Part shown: in pieces, positions 47,473 through 64,000 of the stretch
Layout: each line of letters starts with the position of its first letter
Position numbering within the stretch: the first letter of the stretch is position 1
Assembly: GCF_009914755.1 (NCBI RefSeq)
Contig: NC_060925.1
Origin: the human T2T-CHM13v2.0 reference genome, Homo sapiens
DNA length: 64,000 bases
Reading direction: 5' to 3' (one strand)
The notes under the pieces: model-generated
What the model saw: only the letters and a program-made list of their open reading frames with translations
The model's database searches: none
What the model was told of the DNA's origin: nothing
Translations under genes and position numbers: made by a program

Positions 47473-48045
47473 GAAGACAGGCCTGATGTGGTACGTCCCT
47501 CCACCCCCGGACCCATCCAAGTCATCTGATTGAAGAGCATGACAGAAACAAAATGTATTCACCAAGCATTTTAGGATTTGACTTTTTCACTAACCAGTTG
47601 ACGAGCAGTGCATTTACAAGGCACTGCCAAACAAGATGCCCTTGGGAGCTGTGAGGGAAAGAGGACCTGCGGGCTTAGATCAATCTCAATTCCTTTTCAT
47701 GCCCTCCTGCATTGCTGCTGCGTGGGTATTTGTCTCCTTAGCCATCAGGTACAGTTTACACTACAATGTAAGCTATAGGTGGAGCATCAGCAGTGAGTGA
47801 GGCCATTCTTCATCCTTAGGATGTGGCAATGAAATGATGGTGCAAGTTCCTTTCTCTTTTGTGAATCTTTCCCCCCATTTCCTGTTTACATGTAACCCAA
47901 CAAAATGCAATTTCTAGTGCCTTCTGTCCAATCAGTTCTTTCCTCTGAGTGAGACGTACTTGGCTACAGATTTCTGCCTTGTTTTGCGACATTGTCCCAT
48001 TCACACAGATATTTTGGGATAATAAAGGAAAATAAGCTACAATTG
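47473..48045 (+). other. PGM1: PGM1 3' UTR (end approximate)
   Basis: Repeat-free sequence between the stop codon and an AATAAA followed by a GU/U-rich tract. Confidence 0.8.
48021..48026 (+). terminator. PGM1: Polyadenylation signal AATAAA
   Basis: AATAAA about 550 nt after the stop, followed by ttgcttgtcgtcttttttt as a downstream element. Confidence 0.85.
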
Positions 48046-51000
48046 CTTGTCGTCTTTTTTTCTTAACTGCAAAGTACTTTTTTGATTTTAGAAAGAAAAA
48101 CAATTTTTTTTTTAGAAGGAGGGGAGTATTGTATTTTGTTTTCATGTCCTAGTCAGAAAATGAAATGGTCTCTAGGCTAGGTTGCAAATCCTTAGACTCA
48201 AGAACTGTAATTTTTTTTATTGTCCTGAATATTCTAAAAAGTAACATAAATTTTAAGAGAATTGTAATTTAAAATCTTAGCAGGGTCAACTGAGCTCTGG
48301 ATTCTTCCAAGGTAGACAAATCAAGCTTGACATGGTTAACTTGGAACAAGGGAAAGGAAGAGTGATTTTCCTCTTCCTAGTGCTTAAATAGCAAAGCACT
48401 GGTACGTGCTCTGCAGTGCGGAGATGCCTTGACGCTTATTGAAGGGATGGAGGCAGAACCCTCAGAATCTGAGAGCAGGGTTACTGACATTTGGCCAAAA
48501 ATCTGAGCCCACTGGCATCTTATTCAGCTCAGAACACTTATATTCCATCCATGAGTATATTATAGTTAAATAAGCGTAGACTTGAGAGCCAACAGACCCA
48601 AGTTTGAATCCCACTTGAGACCCTGAGTGACTTTTGAATATCATTACCCTATCCTTAAAGTGGGGATGAAAGTAGTTCTACCTTTATGAATTGTTGAGTA
48701 CCTTAAGTGAGTACATTTGTGTAAAGCAGTGAGCACAGTATCTAGTGCATGGTACATTGTTAAATAAGTGAAAACTAGAATTATGTTTATGATACCATTT
48801 TTAGATTTTAAAGTACTGTATATACAGGAAAAACAAAAACTGTAACACTAATATTTGTAACACATTTTACATTTCCAAGGTACTTTCACAAAGTCACCTT
48901 GCCATATGGGCTATTCTAAAAAGTCAGCCCAGCTCTGTACCCCTCCCCTACTCAGTATGGACTCCCTGATACAGGTGGCAGGATCTTTATCTGGGGTAAG
49001 ATTTCCATTGTTGCCAGCTCAGCAAACAAAACTATGCTTTGACAATGATGACAATGATGGTGGTGGTGGTGATGAGTTTGTCTGGAACGTTAACCCCTTG
49101 CCAGGCACTTTCCATATATTCTTTCTGAGCGCTTTCCATATATTCTTTAAATCTTCCTGACAACTCTGAGGTAGGTACTCTGAATATTCCCATTTTACAG
49201 ATGAGGTTCAGTTACTCAACCAAGATCACACTGCTGGGGAGTGGTAGATGCTCCCAGACAGTGCAGCTCCAGCCCTACAGGGTTCAAACCACTTCAGATT
49301 TCTTCTACGGACTGTCTACTTCTAGGCTACACCTAACGTGGAAGAAAGGTGTGCAAATGCCCCTGTGCTTTACGCATTAAAGGGGGATACTGTGTGCTCT
49401 GGATGCCAAAGAATCTGTTATTTTGGCATTATATTAGCTCCTGCAGAGATCTGGATATCTGGATGTATCAGTCAGCCCGGAAATATGTATTGATCCACAT
49501 TAAGTGTGAGGTGCTTGGGAGGAAGAGCTGTATAACACAGAGCCCATGCCATCAAGCTGCCTGTAAGACTTGCCAGGGGAATCGAATCTAGCACAAGTAG
49601 AAACTGTATGGGATAAATGTTATGAGTTGTGTAGGTAAAACCTACATATTCTCCAAGCACCTATTCTATCTCAGATGTTGGGCTAGATGCTTTCCAGTAA
49701 CCCTCGAAGCAAGACATCATTCTTCTCGCTTTCCAGTTGAGGCAACTGAAGCTCAACAGAAGCTCATTAATTTGCCCCAGGTTCTCAGCTACCGTGTGAT
49801 GGAACTGGAATTCTGACCCTAAGTATCGTTCATGTTTCCTGACCCTTTTCTGCCTCCTCATCTCTTGAATCAGCTGCGGATACTCCCAGTTCTGTGGCCC
49901 CTGGAATGGCTTCAAAAATTTCCTCCTCCCTGATCGTATTTCAACTGCTTTTCCTGCCTCCACTTGGCAACAGCTTGGAAGTTAAAAGCTCAGGGGAGGA
50001 AGAAGGAGGTGGCTGGAGCCATGGGGCAGTGGAGGTGGGTGTGGGTAGTAAGGATCACTGTGTCTCTCCAGGGCTTCCAAAGAGATGCCGCAGTGTGTGT
50101 GCCCCAGGGAGTGCGGGAGAGGAGTCCTGAGAGGCGGGCAGCAGCACCCAGCCAGGCTTCCCCGCCTTCCAGCGTTGATGTGGTCTGTGAGTCAGGCTTG
50201 TTTTCTTTGGGGTGTGGTGAGAATTACAGTGAGAAAATTGGGTTGGAACTGTTTGGGGCCCAATTCTGAAATTTCACTTTTTCTCTCCCTCTTGACATTC
50301 AGCTATTCTCTCAGAGAAGCAGTTTCCTGTTCAGCGATGTGCCCCAGGCCTACACAGTGGCCAGGCTTCCAGTGGCTGGGCTCTGCCTCATAGGGAGTGA
50401 AAGCAGAGGCCAAGCTCACTGTGGTTCTGGGGAGTGTCATCTCCTTGGCCCTTCAAGGCCAGGCTTGAGGACAGGGTCCCTCTGCCTCCTCTGCCATGCT
50501 GCTTTCTTCAACGTTTCTTGTTGACTCATTAGAAGCTGGCCTTGCTTATAAGAATTCTCCAGAAAACATATTACCATGAGTAAGAGGTGCCCCCCTTGTG
50601 TTTCTGCGTTCTGAACCCCCCCAGCAGAGGGGGTTGGATATGAGTATAACAGCCTTCATGCAGGACTCACTGCATGGCCTGTGGGCTTTGGCGGGGGCAC
50701 CCCATGGCCTTCTGGCCTTCCCACTTGCCCCTTCTGATCCATTCTCCACACCACCAGCTAAGTACTCTTTCAAATGTTGAAGTGCAGAGGCCTTTGTGTA
50801 GCCTCCAGGTCCGTGTGACTCACCTGCCTGTCACTTCCCGCTCCTCTCCCCCTACTCACAGCCTTACATTCCAAGCTTCAGTCTTGGGGAACCATGGCAC
50901 CTCCCTCCTGCCCCCAGGCCTTGGAAGCTGCTCTTCTTTCCACCTGAATCACCTTTACCCTCCATCCCACCCTCCACTACATTCTCCACCTTTCCCCTCC

Positions 51001-54000
51001 ATTCCACCATCCGCCATATTCTCCCAACTCCTACTTGTTCCTCAGGTCTCAATTTAAACATCGTTTCCTCCAAGAAGTGCTTTCTGAGCCTCCAGTGTCT
51101 GGTTTGGGAGCTTTTTCTGGTGTTCCTATCACCTCTATTTCCCCCTTCGAGGCGCTTATCCCATTCTATGTTCATAACCTGTTTACTTTCCATTTCTTCT
51201 ACTGCCCTGGGAACTCCTACATGGCAGAGACTGCCTTTTTCACCAGTGTTTACCCAGGATCTAGGCCTGTGTCTGGCACATAGCAAAAGCCCCATTAAAT
51301 ATTTTCAGAATGAGTGAATGAAATCTACTAGTTGCACGGCAGAATGTTTCATTATGCTGGAATCTCCCTGACCTATAAGGCAGGATTGTCTCAATTTTAC
51401 AGGTGACAAGTGATTTGAGCAACTTCCATGCTAGTCACTGGTTAACCAAGAACTCTTTCAAAAAGTGTTAGAGGCTGCAAGTGAGAAAGCACCCAGGAGA
51501 GGCGGGCAGGAGGGTACTGGCAATAGATGGGAGTTATGTGTCATGGTCACTTTGAAGAAAATGTTTAATTTAAATGATAAAACACATTTTATCTCCCACT
51601 GCTACAAAATTAATTGGGAGGTATAGTTGGGGAAGAGTTCTACTGAATACAGAAATGAGTGCTTTAAGGAACAGAATCAATAAAACCAGCCTCAATCCCC
51701 AAAGCCCCCCTCTGAGCAGATTCACGGAAAGGAACCCATGATGGGTAAAGTGGGTACCCTGGCACTGGGCGTCATGCTGGCATGGGGATCCTCCTCTGAG
51801 CATCTATTTCTGGAAGTCTGAGAGGCTCTTCTCAGTTCCCATTATCAGAACAAGAAGCATTCCCACAAGTGTGTCATTATCCAAAACAAGTGAGGTCACT
51901 GGCGGGAGCATGTCTCATGTCTGTCTGATCGTCCTATGGAAACCGTGGAGGGCTTTGGTTTGGTTTTCACCAAATATGAAAGCTCCACCTCCATCCAGTA
52001 AGTTGTCATTGTGGGTGTGGGTTAATAACTATTTTCCAGAAAGCATGTCTTATTGAGTGCAGCTCTCCAATTAACAGAAAGGCTAGTTACGAGTAGCAAT
52101 CTCTTTGCTTCTCATGACGGTGTCATTTCATAAAAGCTTCATCTTCATTGGTTTCTGACTTCATTTTTACATGATGGTAGGAGTGCTATTATTATCCCAG
52201 ATAAAGCAATGGAAGTTGTGAGAGTTTATGTGATTTGTGCAGAGTCCCACTAATGATGAAGGAGAAAGCAGACCAGCCACCTCCAATCACCCTTGGATGT
52301 TTGGATTTTTTTTTTTTTCTGTTCAACCTTTGCTGTATAACAAAGTACCCCAAAATCTAATGGTATTAAACTTTTGCATGATTTTATGATGCTCACAGAC
52401 TCTGCGGGTCAAGAAGCCAGTCAGGGCACAGTGGAGATACAAGCTTGTCTCTGCTCCACAATGTCTGAGGCCTTATCTGGTATCTTTGTCTGTTTGGGCT
52501 GCTATAACAAAATACTGTAAGCTGGTGGTTTTGTAAACAATAGAAATTTCTTACAGTGCTGAAGGCTGGGAAGTCCAAGATCAAGGCACCAGCAGATTCA
52601 GTGTCTGGTAGGGGCCCACTTTCTAGCTCATACATGGTGCCTTCTTGCTGTGTCCTCCCATGGTGGACGGGGCAACAGGTCTCTCTCAGGCCTCTTTTAT
52701 AAAGACACTAATCTCCTTCATGAGGGCCCCACCCTCATGACCTAATCACCTTCCAGAGGCCCATCACCCACTGCCATCACCTTGGGGATTTAGATTTCAA
52801 CATGAATCTTGGGAGGACACAAACATTCAGACCGTAGGCTTTGGTCCTGGGTCCCCAAATTTCATGTTCTTCTTACATGCATAATATACTCATTCCAACC
52901 CATTAGCCTCAAAAGTCTTAATTTATTCTGTCATCAACTCAAAAGTCTGAAGTCCAGAGTCTTTTCTAAATATCAGCTAAATCAGATATGGGTGAGGCTT
53001 AAGGTGCAACTCATCCTGGGGCAAATTTACTCTCCAGCTGTAAACCTATGAAATCAAACATGTTATGTGTTTTCAAAATACAGTGGTAGGATAGGCATAG
53101 TATAGACATTCCCATTGTAAAAGGGAGATACAGGAAAGAAGAGGGGTAACAGGTCTCAGGACCCAGGTCTGAAACCTAACCTGGCCAACAATGTTAAATC
53201 TTAAGACTGAGAATAATCTTTGGTTTGCCATCCAACCTGCTGGACATGCTGGGGCAGGGATTGGGACCTCAGGCTCCAGATGGCCCTACTTCCGTGGCTT
53301 TGCTGGGTACAGCCCATGCTACAGCTCTCGTGGGTTTTAGTCAAGTGCCTACAGTTCTCCCAGGCTGGAATCACATATAGGCGGTTCTACTGGTCTGACA
53401 GCAGCTCTACTAGACATTGACCTAGTAGGGACTCTGCAGTGGCCCAGCCCTCTTGGCAGCCCTCTGCCTGGGTCACACACCTGAGGCTCTGGGTAGTTCC
53501 ATCCTTTGAAATCTTGATGGAGGGAATAATGCCTCCTTGGCTTGTATACTCTATGTGCTGGTGAAGGTGGCATCTTGTGGACACTCCCAAAGTTTACTCT
53601 CTGTGCCCTCTGGAGGAGGAGCAGCTACAGAGTACCACTATGCACTTGAATTCACTAGAGCTGAACTTGGGGCAGCCAAAGAGCTTGGCAAAGAGCAGAG
53701 CCTTGAAATTGTTCTGTTCCCCCAGTCCCTTGCAGTCTGGACCTGTGAAGTGAGGGGGCAGCCTTGATGATCTCCAAAATGCCTTCGGGGTTATTCCATT
53801 GTCTTGCACAATAGGTCCTGGCTTCTGTTTAGACGGGAGTCTAATCTCCCCATTGTCTGGATGAATAGCTTCTAGCTTTGATTGAGATGGCCCCTCTGAA
53901 CTAACTTCCTTATCAAACTTGGCCACACCCTTCATGTTCTCTCTCAAACAAGCTTTCTGATTTTTTCTAATATGGATAGGCTGAGAATTTTCGAAATTTT

Positions 54001-54308
54001 TAGGCTCTGGTTCCCTTTTGGTTAACAGTTTCATTAACTTTAAATCGTTTCTGTCTTCGCACATTTCACTATAAGCACTCAAGAGAAGCCAAACAGCACA
54101 TTTTATACATTGCTTGGAATTTCTTCAGTCAAATATCCAATTTCATTGCTCACAAGCATGACCTTCTACAAAACACTAGAATATGAACATAATTCAGCCA
54201 ACTTCCTTGCCACTTTATAAGAAGCATGGTCTTTCCTCCACTGTCCCATAACATGTTCTTCATTTCTATCTGAAATCTTATTAGAATGGTCTTCACTGTC
54301 CATGTTTC

Positions 54309-55002
54309 TGTAACTGCCCAATGGGTTCAGTTTGCCACTGCCTAGACAGAGCCAATTTCTCAAGACAGAGGAATTGCAATAGAGAAAGAGTAATTTCTTA
54401 CAGAGCTCTCTGTGTGGGAGATCAGAGTTTTATTATTACTCAAATCAGTCTCCCCAAGCATTTGGGGATCAGAATTTTTAAGGACAACTTGGTGAGTGGG
54501 AGAAGCCAGTGAGCCAGGAGTGCTGATTGGTCAAGTAAGAGATGAAATCATAGGGAACTGAGGCTCTCCTCTTGCGCTGAGTCAGCTCCTGGGTGGGGGC
54601 CACAAGATCAGATAAGCCAGTTTATCGATCTGGGTGGTGCCAGCTGATCCATCAAGTGGAGGGTCTGCAATATATCTCAAGCACTGATCTTAGGAGCAGT
54701 TTAGGGAAGGTCAGAATCTTGTATCCTCCAACTGCATGACTCCTTAACATGATTTCTAATCTTGTGGCTAATTTGTTAGTCCTACAAAGGCAGTCTAGTC
54801 CCCAGGCAAGGAGGTTTGTTTTGGGAAAGGGCTGTTGTCATCTTTGTTTAAAATTGTAACTATAAACTAAGTTCCTCCCAAAGTTAGTTCAGCCTATGCC
54901 CAGGAAGGAACAAGGACAGCTTAAAGGTTAGAAGCAAGATAAGAGTTGGTTAGGTTAGATCTCTTTCACTGTCTCAGTTATAATTTTGTGGAGGCAGTTT
55001 CA
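54309..55002 (-). mobile_element. ERV1 solo LTR, LTR8-like, with 4-bp TSD TTTC
   Basis: tgtaactgcccaatgggttca...cctagacagagcc...ttttattattactcaaatcagtctcccc...gcagtttca. TTTC on both sides. Confidence 0.85.
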
Positions 55003-55054
55003 TTTCTACCAATGTTCTGCTCACATCCATATAGCTATTCCTTAAGAAGACTGA

Positions 55055-55418
<364 letters not shown>

Positions 55419-55864
55419 TAGTTAATACATGGCAATGTAAGTATTTTCTAGCATGCAACTCAGAATTCTTTCAGTTTCTGTTGATTACGCAGTTCCAAAG
55501 CCACTGCCATATCTCAGGTAATTGTTACAGTAGCACCCCCACTTCTCAGTACCAATTTCCTATCTTAGCCTGCCTGTCTGCTATAACAAAACATCAAAAA
55601 CTAGGTAACTGACACAACAGAAATTTATTTCTCACAGTTATGGAACTGGGAAATGTGAGATCAAGGCAGATTTGGTCTTGTGAGGACCCATTCTCTGGCT
55701 TTGGTAGTGCTGTCTTGCTGTGTCCTGACATGGTGGAAGGTGTGAGGGGTCTTTCTTGGGCCTCTTTTATAAGAGCACTCGTCCCATTCATGAAGGGTCT
55801 GCCTTCATAACCTTATCACCTCCCAATAGGCTCCAGGTCCTAATACCACCACCTTGGGGCTTAG

Positions 55865-56261
<397 letters not shown>

Positions 56262-57868
56262 TAGTACTAGAGTCATCTGGAGGCTTCTTCACTCGTGTCT
56301 AGTATGACTCAATGTCTTGGGTCAGCTGGGATTGTCAAATCTCACACCTGCACATGACCTCTCCTTGTTGTTTGGGTTTCTCACAGCTTGGTGCTGGCTT
56401 CCAAGAGAGTATCCCAAGAGCAAGTATGCCAAGAGGGTCCAGTGGCTGCTGTATTTTCCTTTCTTTCCTTTGGAAGTCATGCAGCATCACTTCAGCCATA
56501 TCCAACTGATTACCATCAACTCACTCAGCCCGCCCAGATTCAAGGGGAGGGGAATTACCCTCTACCTCTTGATGGAAGCGTGGCAAGTTCATATTGCAGA
56601 ACAGTACGTGATATGGGGGCTAGTGTAGCCACTTTTGGAAAATACAGTATCCCAACAGGATTTTCCTATTCTAAGCATTTCGTCTCATTGGAACTGTGTG
56701 ATACATGGTCTTTTGTGTCTGTGGAGCTCTTATTTTAACACAAGGCAAATGCCCCTAAACTAAGTGCTTTGCAAAGGTGACCTCACTATACCTTTATGAG
56801 ATGAGGACTATAATATCCCCATTTTACAGATGGGAAACACAGAAAGGTTCAATAACTTGCTGCAAGTCCCAGCTAGTGAGTGGCGGAGCCAGATTTTGAA
56901 CCCTTGTCCCTGGCACTGCTAAACTGTATGCAAATGAATGTCTTTTAGAGACAGGGTTTCATCTCCTCTATCTACAGTAAGAAAATGGAAGTCTATGATG
57001 CATTCATAGCTATTTATTGAGCCCCTACAATGTGCCAGACACTGCTACATCAGAGCCACAGATTAGGCAAGAAGAAAGGTAATTAAACCAATAATGGGAA
57101 TTCCCTGCATCAGGCCTTGGGATAGAGGTCTCTGTGCATTGAGAGCTGTGGGAATAGAGGGATGAAGGCATCTGTTCAGGGCACGCAGCCCAGGGCCCGA
57201 GCCAACCTTTCTATCTCTGCCATTAGCAAAGCACACCCCCAGATGTGAACTCTTAGGGTTCGTTGCCGCCCTCCTTCAATGCCCCCAGGGCCTGCCGGGG
57301 AAAGGTGCCTGGCTTCACCTGGCCTGTCAGGGTCCAGGCAGAGAATCCTGCCCTGGCAGTGGCTGTCAAGGCCCTGCCTTAATCTCTCAGGTAGGCAAGC
57401 AGCTGCTTCCTCCTGACTGCAGGGCAGGGCGGAGCTGCCAGCCCAGTGTTTCTGGCCCACTCAGGGCCTTTCTTTTCTTACAAAGACTGCTGTGTTGGAT
57501 CTGTTTTTCTAAGTCAGATAGTTATTTGATTTCCACCTCAGAACTCAGTGCCAGCATTCAGTGTTGCCAGCCTCACCGCCACCGGCCATGGTGCGAGAAG
57601 GAATTCGGGTTCCTGGAACATGGTCAGAGAATGCACTCCTTGATTCAGGTGGGTGGAGGTCAGGAGTGGCTTCCCACACCGGCGGCCTAACACTTGCCTG
57701 ACTTGAAGGGGTTCTGGTGTCAGGAGAAGCTCAGGCTGTGCTCGGCCGCGTCACCTCTGTAAGTCGCCACAGACTGTAATGAAGACCAACCCAGAACATG
57801 CTTCTAATTTGTCTGTTCCCTCTGGGTCTAGTAAGCCGAGCCAGGGCAAACAGAGAGGACCATCATCC

Positions 57869-57927
57869 ATGTGGGGTCATGCCTGGATGTGAGGTCATTC
57901 CTGGATGTGGGGTTATACCAGGATGTA
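57869..57927. repeat. Degenerate 18-bp tandem repeat (~3 copies)
   Basis: atgtggggtcatgcctgg / atgtgaggtcattcctgg / atgtggggttataccagg. Confidence 0.85.
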
Positions 57928-58690
57928 GAATCCCAAGGCCAGGCTGGGCCTAAGTGGTGGAGAAATATTGTTAGTGGGGGCAGCCAAAGCCTCATAACCA
58001 AAGGGGACCCCAAACTAGGTTAAGAGGGAGGCAGGAGGTCTGAGCCAGACAGTGAGACAAATATGAGGTCTCTGGCTGGCTAAATTCAGGCCACAGGCAG
58101 GAAGAGGAATGATGAGGACAGAAACTAGGAGGGTCGGAAACAGGCTGGGAGGGGGCCAGGAATGCCCAGATGGCTGGCGGCCAGCTAAAAGTGAAGGACT
58201 GGCTAAAGACACCAGCTTGGAATTGTGGGCATGCGCTCAGAGAGCATTTTCTGTGGGTGCTTGTGCATCCTAGGCGGAGGGTCTTTCTCCGGAGAAGTTG
58301 TGTGTTTCTCACAGATGCCTCAAGGGTATAGCTAGCCTGGAACCCTTTTTAAAGCTAATTTATCAGCTTAGGGATTATAGGACCATGCAAGTGGAATGAA
58401 GTTTAACCCCAAACCCATGAACATATTCATGTTTAGAAAGTCCCAAAAGAGATGGCTTTGTTCTACCCAGAGCCCAGGCCAAGACACAAATGATCTCTCC
58501 ATGGTGATGGGTACATTTTCCCCCCGGTCCATCATTTCATCATTTGCTGAGGTGCTCAGCTCTAGGTGGGGTTTGGGTAGTGGAGAGAAAGGATGTCAGA
58601 TCTAATACCCATCTCATTTAGGCCCAAGACCTTGTCTTGTTCCCCCATGTGACTTAAAATCCAAATCTCTTGGTTACCTAAGAACTTTCT

Positions 58691-58995
<305 letters not shown>

Positions 58996-59833
58996 CTTAC
59001 CTAAGAACTTTCTAAGGGAGCTACAGCTTTAGCTTCTCACTCAACCTTGTTTTCCTGTTTCCACCTTATCTTTGGCACATGAGGATTTCTCATACTTTCT
59101 TGCAAATTTTATTGTGCATTTACAAGGGCCTTTGCTGTGGTGTATGGAGTATTTCCGGGTAACTCATAGATAGCTGGGAGGTGTTTCAGTGTGCCCAGAA
59201 TCTGAAGTCCTTTTGCTTCCACTCATGCCCCTCCATTCCACCCTCACAATAGCCAGTGTCATCTTAAAAAACAATAAAAAAAATTTTTTCTCGTTTTTCA
59301 CTTGCAACTTTTCAATAGTTTCTTATAGCTTTTTGTTCATTATAATATTGTTTTGTCAGTGTTTTTGGATATCCCACAATCTTCCTCATTTCTCTTCTAT
59401 AATCAGCACTCTGTTCCTGGGGCGAAACTCCTCTCAGATTCCATGTGGCCCCAGGGCTGTCAGTCACAGTGCCTTCCTTCCTTTCCCTTCCACCCCCATT
59501 CCTGCTACAGGGGCAGGAACTTGGCCCAGGGTAGACTAATCATTGGACCACATCCCTGTGGACATAGTGATTGGGCCAGTGAGTAGGCATGTGAACCAAG
59601 ATGGACCAATCAGAGCCTTTCCATTATGTTTTTTCCAAATGGAAGGTAAAGGGATAACCTTCTTTTTGAATCATAGGTTACAAGGATATAGGCCTGATGA
59701 GTATCAGTGACTCTTTTTTCCTACCAGATTGACAGATCCTGTCAGTGCAGGAGAGAATGAGGTAAACTAATAAATTCAGAAACAAGCAGAGATAATAAAT
59801 TAGTGGAAAAGAAAGTCTTTTTAAATTTTTTCC

Positions 59834-59976
59834 TTTTTTTTAGAAGATGGGGTCTCACTTTGTCACCCAGGCACCATCATAGCCCACTGCAGCCTCAAAC
59901 TCCTGGGCTCAAGTGATCTTCCTGCCTCAGACTCCTGAGTACTTGGGACCACAGGCGCATGCCACCACATCTGGCT
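59834..59976 (-). mobile_element. Alu monomer (FLAM/AluJ-like)
   Basis: ggtctcactttgtcacccagg...ctcctgggctcaagtgatc...gccaccacatctggc. Confidence 0.8.
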
Positions 59977-59989
59977 GGAAAATAAAATC

Positions 59990-60938
<949 letters not shown>

Positions 60939-61162
60939 ACGAAAACCCTGGGCTCTTGGATTCAGCCATATCTGGAACTTCAACTACAGGAACCAGCACA
61001 TTGCCTTTTTACTTAAATGAGTTCCATGTAACAAAAAGAGACTTGACCAGTGTGGAGCCACATCCTTCACTTGACGCTCGAAGTCAAGGCCCTGTGTGAT
61101 CTCCTCACCTCACACTACTGTTTTCCTCCTCCCAGGGATCCATCAATGGAGAACTTCTTTTA

Positions 61163-61462
61163 GTTTTGTTTTGTTTTTTTTTTTTAGATGGAGTCTCACT
61201 CTGTCACCCAGGCTGGAGTGCAGTGGCGTGATCTCAGCTCACTGCAACCTCTGCCTCCCGGGTTCAAGCAATTCTCTGCCTCAGCCTCCCAAGTAGCTGG
61301 GATTACAGGTGCCCGCCATCATGTCCAGATAATTTTTGTATTTTTAGTAGAGACAGGGTTTCACCATCTTGGCCAGGCTGGTCTTGAACTTCTGACCTCG
61401 TGATCCACCCGCCTCGGCCTCCCAAAGTGCTGGGATTACAGGCGTGAGCCACCGTGCCCGGC
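61163..61462 (-). mobile_element. Alu
   Basis: Full minus-strand Alu with TSD ttcttttagtt. Confidence 0.94.
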
Positions 61463-61772
61463 GTTCTTTTAGTTCTTCAAGCAGGCCAGGCTCCTTCTTA
61501 TCTCATGGCCTCCTCACATGTTGTTCTTAGCTAATTCCTATACATCCTTCAGCTGTCTGCATGTAGGTCATGTCTTTAGAAAAGGCTTCCCTGACTGCCT
61601 GACTAGGCCAGGGTCCCCCTACAATCCTCCTCTCCAATATAAACTCCTGCAGCACCAATGCTTTTCCTTCTCAGCACTCATTGCAGTAGTAACGAATACA
61701 TTCTTTGTTCACGAGATAATTCCTTATTTACAGTCCATCTTCACCACTGGACTATACGCTTCATGAAGTTAA

Positions 61773-62145
<373 letters not shown>

Positions 62146-64000
62146 TAGGTGCTCAGTAAACATTTGTCAAATGAAAAAAAAATGAACGATTGAATGTTTG
62201 ACTTGGAAACCCATGCCTTCGATCTCCACAGGCTTTGTAATCTAATACACAAACACAGGCAATCCTGATTCATAACGTGACCACAGAAGGTTCCCTGGGG
62301 TGGTAGAGAGCCTCATGCATGATTTAGTCAGGTATTTTGAGCTGGGATTCTGTCTGACCAGGCCAGAGTGGACCTTGCTCCCAGGAGATGGCAGTGTTGT
62401 GCAGTCTCTGACTCATCAAGGCTCCCACACTGACTTCCCTGAGACCCTGGAAGCTATCGAGCTGGACCTTGACCTCTCAAGCCGTGGACGCCAAGTCCCA
62501 GGGCCAGGTTTTTAAAGGAGCTGTGTGTTCAAAGCAGCTGAGAAGCAGAGCCTTTGTTCCAGAGACTGGCAGTCCCCCAATCCAAGATAAACAACCCTCC
62601 TCCCCAACTCGAATGATGGATCTGGTTTGGTGTTCTGTTCAAGAACTCTCTTTCCAAGAGTGGCTCAAAGGCTCCTTTGCAGCTTTTAAATTTTACAATC
62701 TCTTAGGAGAGAAGACCCAGGCCACAGAGTTGCTACCTCCTGGTGCTTTGGAAGATTCTCCCTATTCATACTTTCTCTCAAATCCCACAGCTGCTACTTG
62801 CTGTGAGTGCAGACTAGCACAACCACCAACACGGACCCACAGGTAGACCATCCTGTTCAGATCCTGGCTCTGTCACTTACCGTGTGACTTAGGACAAAGC
62901 CCTTACCTTTTCTCAATAAAAAGAATAGTAATACCTATTTCTCAGGCTTGTGCTGAATGATTAATCAAACAGTGCCTGGCACTGTGCACCTGGCACTGTG
63001 CCTGGAGCATAGTGGGTGCTTAGTAAACATCGGTTCCCTTCCCTCTCCCCCTCCCACACTGCGCTGCTGAAGGAGCTGGGGGAGGGAATGTGAGAAAGCC
63101 TCCGCAGCAGGATTTCACTAGCAAATGTCTAAAAACAACAACCTTCTTCTCTTCCCTGGAGCACCTTCCTATCCCCAGTGTGACTGTAAAGCCAGATTAA
63201 AAAGCGCCCATGGTCATTGGAACTCGCCCCAGTCAAATAATCCACGTTACCAGTCCGGTCCATGTCAGCCCGGCTCCTGCTGCTCCCCACTGTGGGGAGC
63301 CAGGTGCTCCTGGGAATCCTGAGGTTCACCCTGGCCCAGGGGCCTTGGCTCCCTTTCAGTTCGTTGCTTTCTTTTGTGGTGGAGCATCTGGGCTGTAGCA
63401 CTGGAAGCGTTTTGGCCCTGCTGCTGGGCCCTTATCTCTGTGCTGTGTGAGCCCCATTCCTGCCACGTCGGAACCCATTAGGGACCACTCTGCTGAAGCT
63501 TTTGAAGGAGTAATCAGTTTGTAGAGGGAAGGGGCTGTGCCAAGCCAGGCCAGATGGAGTAAGTAATGAAGGCCCCAGATTAATCTCGCCTGTCTCTTTT
63601 TTCCAATATGAAGGCTCAACCCAAGAGCTTGGCAGTCTCAAGACAAATTATACTTGTCAGCTTCAAAGCATAAGTTCCCTTCCAAGCCAGAATGCACTTT
63701 CTCTCTTTCTCTCCCCATCCCCTTCTCCCTCTCTCCTGAAATACAAAACGGGAGTAAAAAATGGGGTGCATATGAGATGTTGTGACATTTTTGCATCATC
63801 GTAATAATTAGAGCCTCCACCGGGCATTTCCTATGTATTAGGCAACACACTGAGTCCTCTACATGCATTCAGCTTATTTATTTCTCACCATAATTCTACA
63901 AGATATATACTAGTATCCCCATTTTATGGATTAGGAAATCAATGTTCAGAGAAGATGATTGATTCAAGGTCACATAGTAAGTTGTGAAGCAAGGATTCAA

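Overview
Mammalian (human-like, Alu-rich) genomic DNA containing most of the phosphoglucomutase-1 gene PGM1 on the + strand. The window opens inside intron 1, so the ubiquitous first exon 1A is not present. It contains the alternative duplicated first coding exon 1B (11250-11549), shared exons 2-11 (17214-47472) and the 3' UTR with its poly(A) signal at 48021. About 16 kb of repeat-rich intergenic DNA follows. Splicing exon 1B to exons 2-11 gives an intact 580-aa ORF with all four alpha-D-phosphohexomutase motifs (TASHNP, DGDGDR, GEESFG, FRLSGTG). The rest is mostly Alu, MIR, L1, MaLR/ERV LTRs, a 7SL retrocopy and microsatellites. I found no convincing novel multi-gene system, and almost all short ORFs in the track are repeat-derived or noise. 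The most interesting points are in splicing and translation: a GC-AG intron 3, a perfect in-frame alternative donor 27 nt after exon 2, a donor re-created at the exon 8/9 junction, and two in-frame ATGs in exon 1B. There are also several mechanistically readable mobile-element or repair scars: a 5'-inverted Alu, an ERV LTR inside an Alu, a local templated insertion, a 101-bp tandem duplication and a template-switch hairpin. Repeat subfamily names are from memory of consensus sequences and need confirming with RepeatMasker or Dfam.
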